Part shown: in pieces, positions 60,951-64,000 of the stretch
Layout of the letters: each line of letters starts with the position of its first letter
Numbering within the stretch: the first letter of the stretch is position 1
NCBI GenBank assembly: GCA_964016885.1
Contig: OZ024749.1
Coordinates: 48,608,001 to 48,672,000 of the forward strand
Origin: Eledone cirrhosa
Taxonomy: Eukaryota
DNA length: 64,000 bases
Direction: 5' to 3'
Translations under genes and position numbers: made by a program
The notes under the pieces: model-generated
What the model saw: the letters and a program-made list of their open reading frames with translations, nothing else
What the model was told of the DNA's origin: nothing
The model's database searches: none

Positions 60951-61625
60951 CGTTTGTGTGTTTATGTGTTGGTATGTGCATATATTTATATACGATTATA
61001 GGTTAGAAAACTAACATGAAAACAAAGAGAAGAGAAATGTGCAACGAACTGCCAAAACAGAAAACAGAAAACAAAAAAAAGACGAAGTGTGGTATACAAG
61101 AACAAGTTTGAAATAAATGATACCAATTGTCAGAGAAATAAATTTACAAGATGACGTCATCAGTGTTAAAATGAAGCTGTTGCTTAGAAACAGATCTGCT
61201 TCGAGAATGCAAAATGCAAATGGTAATTAAGTTGGCAGATGTTTGCTGGAAGGCAAAATTACAACAAAAAAATCAGATAAATGATATATAAATTTTGCAT
61301 CCAGCTAATGATATATAAGTTTGATCCATATATGTGTGAGTGTGTGTGTGCGTGTGTAGGGTGTTTGTTTTGATGTGTGTACATATATATATATTTGTAT
61401 TTGTGAACGTGGATGTGATTGTTTTTGTGGTGAGGGTGTATATATGATTGTGTGTATGTGTGTTTGTGTGAAAGGTGTGTGTATGTGGTGACGTCTCAGA
61501 AAACAGGCCGAACGTCGAAGACTAGAAACATAGAACACACAAATTAAAGTGATGTTGATTCAATTATTGTTTGAGTGTTTTTTTTTATGTCGTATTTCAT
61601 ATTTAAAAAAAAATCATCAGCTACG

Positions 61626-62050
<425 letters not shown>

Positions 62051-62069
62051 TATATATATATATACACAT

Positions 62070-62101
<32 letters not shown>

Positions 62102-63378
62102 TATAATTATATATATATACACACGCACACACAAACATACGCACACATACACACGCATACACACTCACACACACACGCATACACACTCACACACACACAC
62201 ACACACACACATAGATATACATATATATAATTATATATATATAATTAGAAAGTGAACAACACGAAATATAACTACTCCATTACCGAAGGTTTCTGGATCA
62301 CAGCGGATAATAATATATGTCTGGATCGGGTAATAGGTAATATTTTGTGTTGTACACTATCTAATTAAATAGCTTTGTTCTATACATAGAGCACTCTTTT
62401 TTTTCTTTGCTTTTCCTTTGGAATTACCTACCACATATATATACATTTATATATGAATTTATACATATATATATGTATTTATACACAGCCACATATATAT
62501 AAATTTATATATAAATTTATATATATATATATATGTGTATATATATATATATGTATATATATATATTGTGTGTGTGGGGGGGGGGGGGGTCTGTATGTGT
62601 GTCTGTGTGTATATACATTCAACAATTGGTCTATAAGTATAAGAAGTGAAGCACATTGTCATTTAGAACATGAAATAATATATTTAGTTACTGATAAAAT
62701 ATATAACAAGCACAACATGGATGAGTTCAATTAAACAACGATAGCAACTTCAACACAGATAGCAACTGATAATTACAAAGAATAATGACAGTATCACAAA
62801 TATCACGAACAAAAAGCAATACGTATTGAAACTGCAGTGTATTGAACATGATTAACACAACGATTCATAGAATATTAATGATTTATTTATAGATATAACA
62901 TACACCAAGGATGTAATTTTATATCCACTGTCACTTTAATGATCTAATTTCAGCTTAGGATGATGACATCGCAATGAAATATGTCGATCATCAATCATTG
63001 TGGCCGAAGGAATTGAAGGGTATGTTTGCGTTGGTATATAAGCACGAGGGAATATTGAAATTAATGATTTTAAGTGTCTTCTGGAATATGAAGTGTGACC
63101 TATCTCACATAACACCTTATGATGATCTTTAGCTATCTAGTTTTATAGTCAAAAGTCCATACGTCAATGGTGATTTCTTGATATTATAATTAGAGCGTCA
63201 TATGAGAAGTCCTTCCCTATATAGTATAGTTATTTACAGTGTGCGGCTTATAAATATAGTGTATCGTTTGAGACTAGGCTCTCAAAATTAGCAGATGCTC
63301 TAAAAGTAACCAAACGAACCATTGCGTACTCATATATAAGGATACAAGCAACTGTTATCTTACTTTCTATAAATGATA

Positions 63379-63510
63379 ATTGTTTCTACTTTTCGCACAA
63401 GACCAGCAATTACCCCAGTGCATTACTGGTGCTTTATTTTATCGACCCCGTAAGGAGGAGATGCACAGTTAAACTCGGCGGGATGACCCTCTACCGATAT
63501 GGCCAATCCA
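63379..63510 (-). mobile_element. SINE with internal deletion
   Basis: Head (CTACCGATATGGCCAATCCA) is joined directly to CTCGGCGGGAT; about 55 bp of the tRNA region is missing. Confidence 0.88.
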
Positions 63511-63795
63511 AATAATAATGGCTAAATGACAATGCCTAAAACAACCACATTCCTTGTATGAACCGAAGTAGTGATTTGGGGAAATGTTTTAGGATCATAG
63601 GTTGACGGACGTATATATCCTAACAGGTCTTAAATTGTGAACATAATCCGTTTGTTAGCCGCATCCTTCACAATGTAAACACATTTGAAGAATGGACGTG
63701 GTTTACTTTTCTGTTTGTTGCACACTGTGCTACGAAGGCGAACACTCCTTTCTCTTTTAAAATGACTAAACAAACTAACCCAGCAAACAAGCCTG

Positions 63796-63955
63796 TCTTC
63801 TTCTTCTTCTTCTTCTTCTTCTTCTTCTTCTTCTTCTTCTTCTTCTTCTTCTTCTTCTTCTTCTTCTTCTTCTTCTTCTTCTTCTTCTTCTTCTTCTTCT
63901 TCTTCTTCTTCTTCTTCTTCTTCTTCTTCTTCTTCTTCTTCTTCTTCTTCTTCTT
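63796..63955. repeat. Pure (TTC/GAA)n microsatellite, about 53 units
   Basis: Directly visible. Source of the poly-K ORF. Confidence 0.98.
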
Positions 63956-64000
63956 TCTACTTCTTAGGTTTTTTTTCCTCACATTCCTTGGAGAGTCAGT

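Overview
Very AT-rich, repeat-dense eukaryotic non-coding DNA (intergenic or deep intronic). It is most consistent with an octopod cephalopod; this is an inference from the abundant tRNA-derived SINE and the extreme (TA)n/(CA)n/(GA)n load. No host protein-coding exon can be supported, and almost all listed ORFs are microsatellite artefacts (YIYI, THTH, VCVC). Recognisable content: about 18 copies or fragments of one tRNA-derived SINE, several with 14-20 bp TSDs; three RTE-clade LINE 3' fragments; and at least six apparently unrelated families of fold-back or palindromic insertions sitting in or beside (TA)n arrays. These fold-back elements look like 5'-truncated Penelope-like element (PLE) ends. 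One keeps the GIY-YIG C-terminus, a promoter-motif cluster and a complete minimal hammerhead ribozyme. Others carry partial hammerhead cores, inversion breakpoints that cluster at the hammerhead core or helix II, and a shared ~12-nt tail motif (ATYGAGYVCTCT). Hammerheads and inverted pseudo-LTRs in PLEs are established knowledge. The cross-family tail motif and the breakpoint clustering are the parts that may be undescribed. All alignments and folds were done by eye.
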